Origin: Lama glama
Lineage: Eukaryota
Assembly (NCBI GenBank): GCA_028534125.1
Contig: CM052816.1
Coordinates: 90,894,001 to 90,958,000, forward strand
Direction: 5' to 3'
Length of the DNA stretch: 64,000 bases
Notes under the pieces: model-generated
The model's database searches: none
What the model saw: the letters and a program-made list of their open reading frames with translations, nothing else
Told to the model about the DNA's origin: nothing
Program-made: the position numbers and the translations under genes
In this document: positions 63,916 to 64,000 of the stretch, one piece after another
Numbering within the stretch: position 1 is the first letter of the stretch
Layout of the letters: each line of letters begins with the position of its first letter

Positions 63916-64000
63916 ATTACTGGCATGATGTGTCAAATTGCCAGATGTTCATAACCTGTTGGCAATACTTGTGAACATTTTTTTCCAGTAATATTTTTTA

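Noticed and set aside
1..64000. CRISPR arrays, operons or other prokaryotic systems
   Set aside because: The sequence is clearly mammalian, with spliceosomal introns and SINE/LINE/LTR repeats; no regularly spaced repeat array was seen.

Overview
Mammalian intron-rich genomic DNA lying entirely inside one + strand gene, MYO10 (unconventional myosin X). The species is most likely a camelid, inferred from tRNA-Ala-derived Vic-1-like SINEs. Sixteen coding exons of the motor domain can be read with GT..AG boundaries and consistent phases: exons 3-9 and 11-19, numbered by my recollection of human MYO10. They encode the P-loop GESGAGKT, switch [14 protein letters not shown], switch II DIFGFE and FVRCIKPN. 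Exon 10 is not visible and most likely falls in the 500-N assembly gap (49038-49537). Exons 1-2 and 20 onward lie outside the window. The most notable structures are: a U12-type (minor spliceosome) intron directly before a 14-nt microexon; a lineage-specific SINE inserted 19 nt upstream of the exon 16 acceptor; inverted SINE pairs bracketing exons 14-15 and 16-18; an intragenic CpG island and G-run block at exon 4; a palindromic exon 13 donor; and the start of intron 19, known to host headless-Myo10 promoters. The rest is ordinary mammalian repeats (L1, L2, MIR, MaLR/ERV LTRs, hAT MER20/MER58, microsatellites). Repeat families were recognised by eye and their boundaries are approximate. I found no evidence of a new gene or a prokaryote-type system; almost all listed ORFs are spurious.
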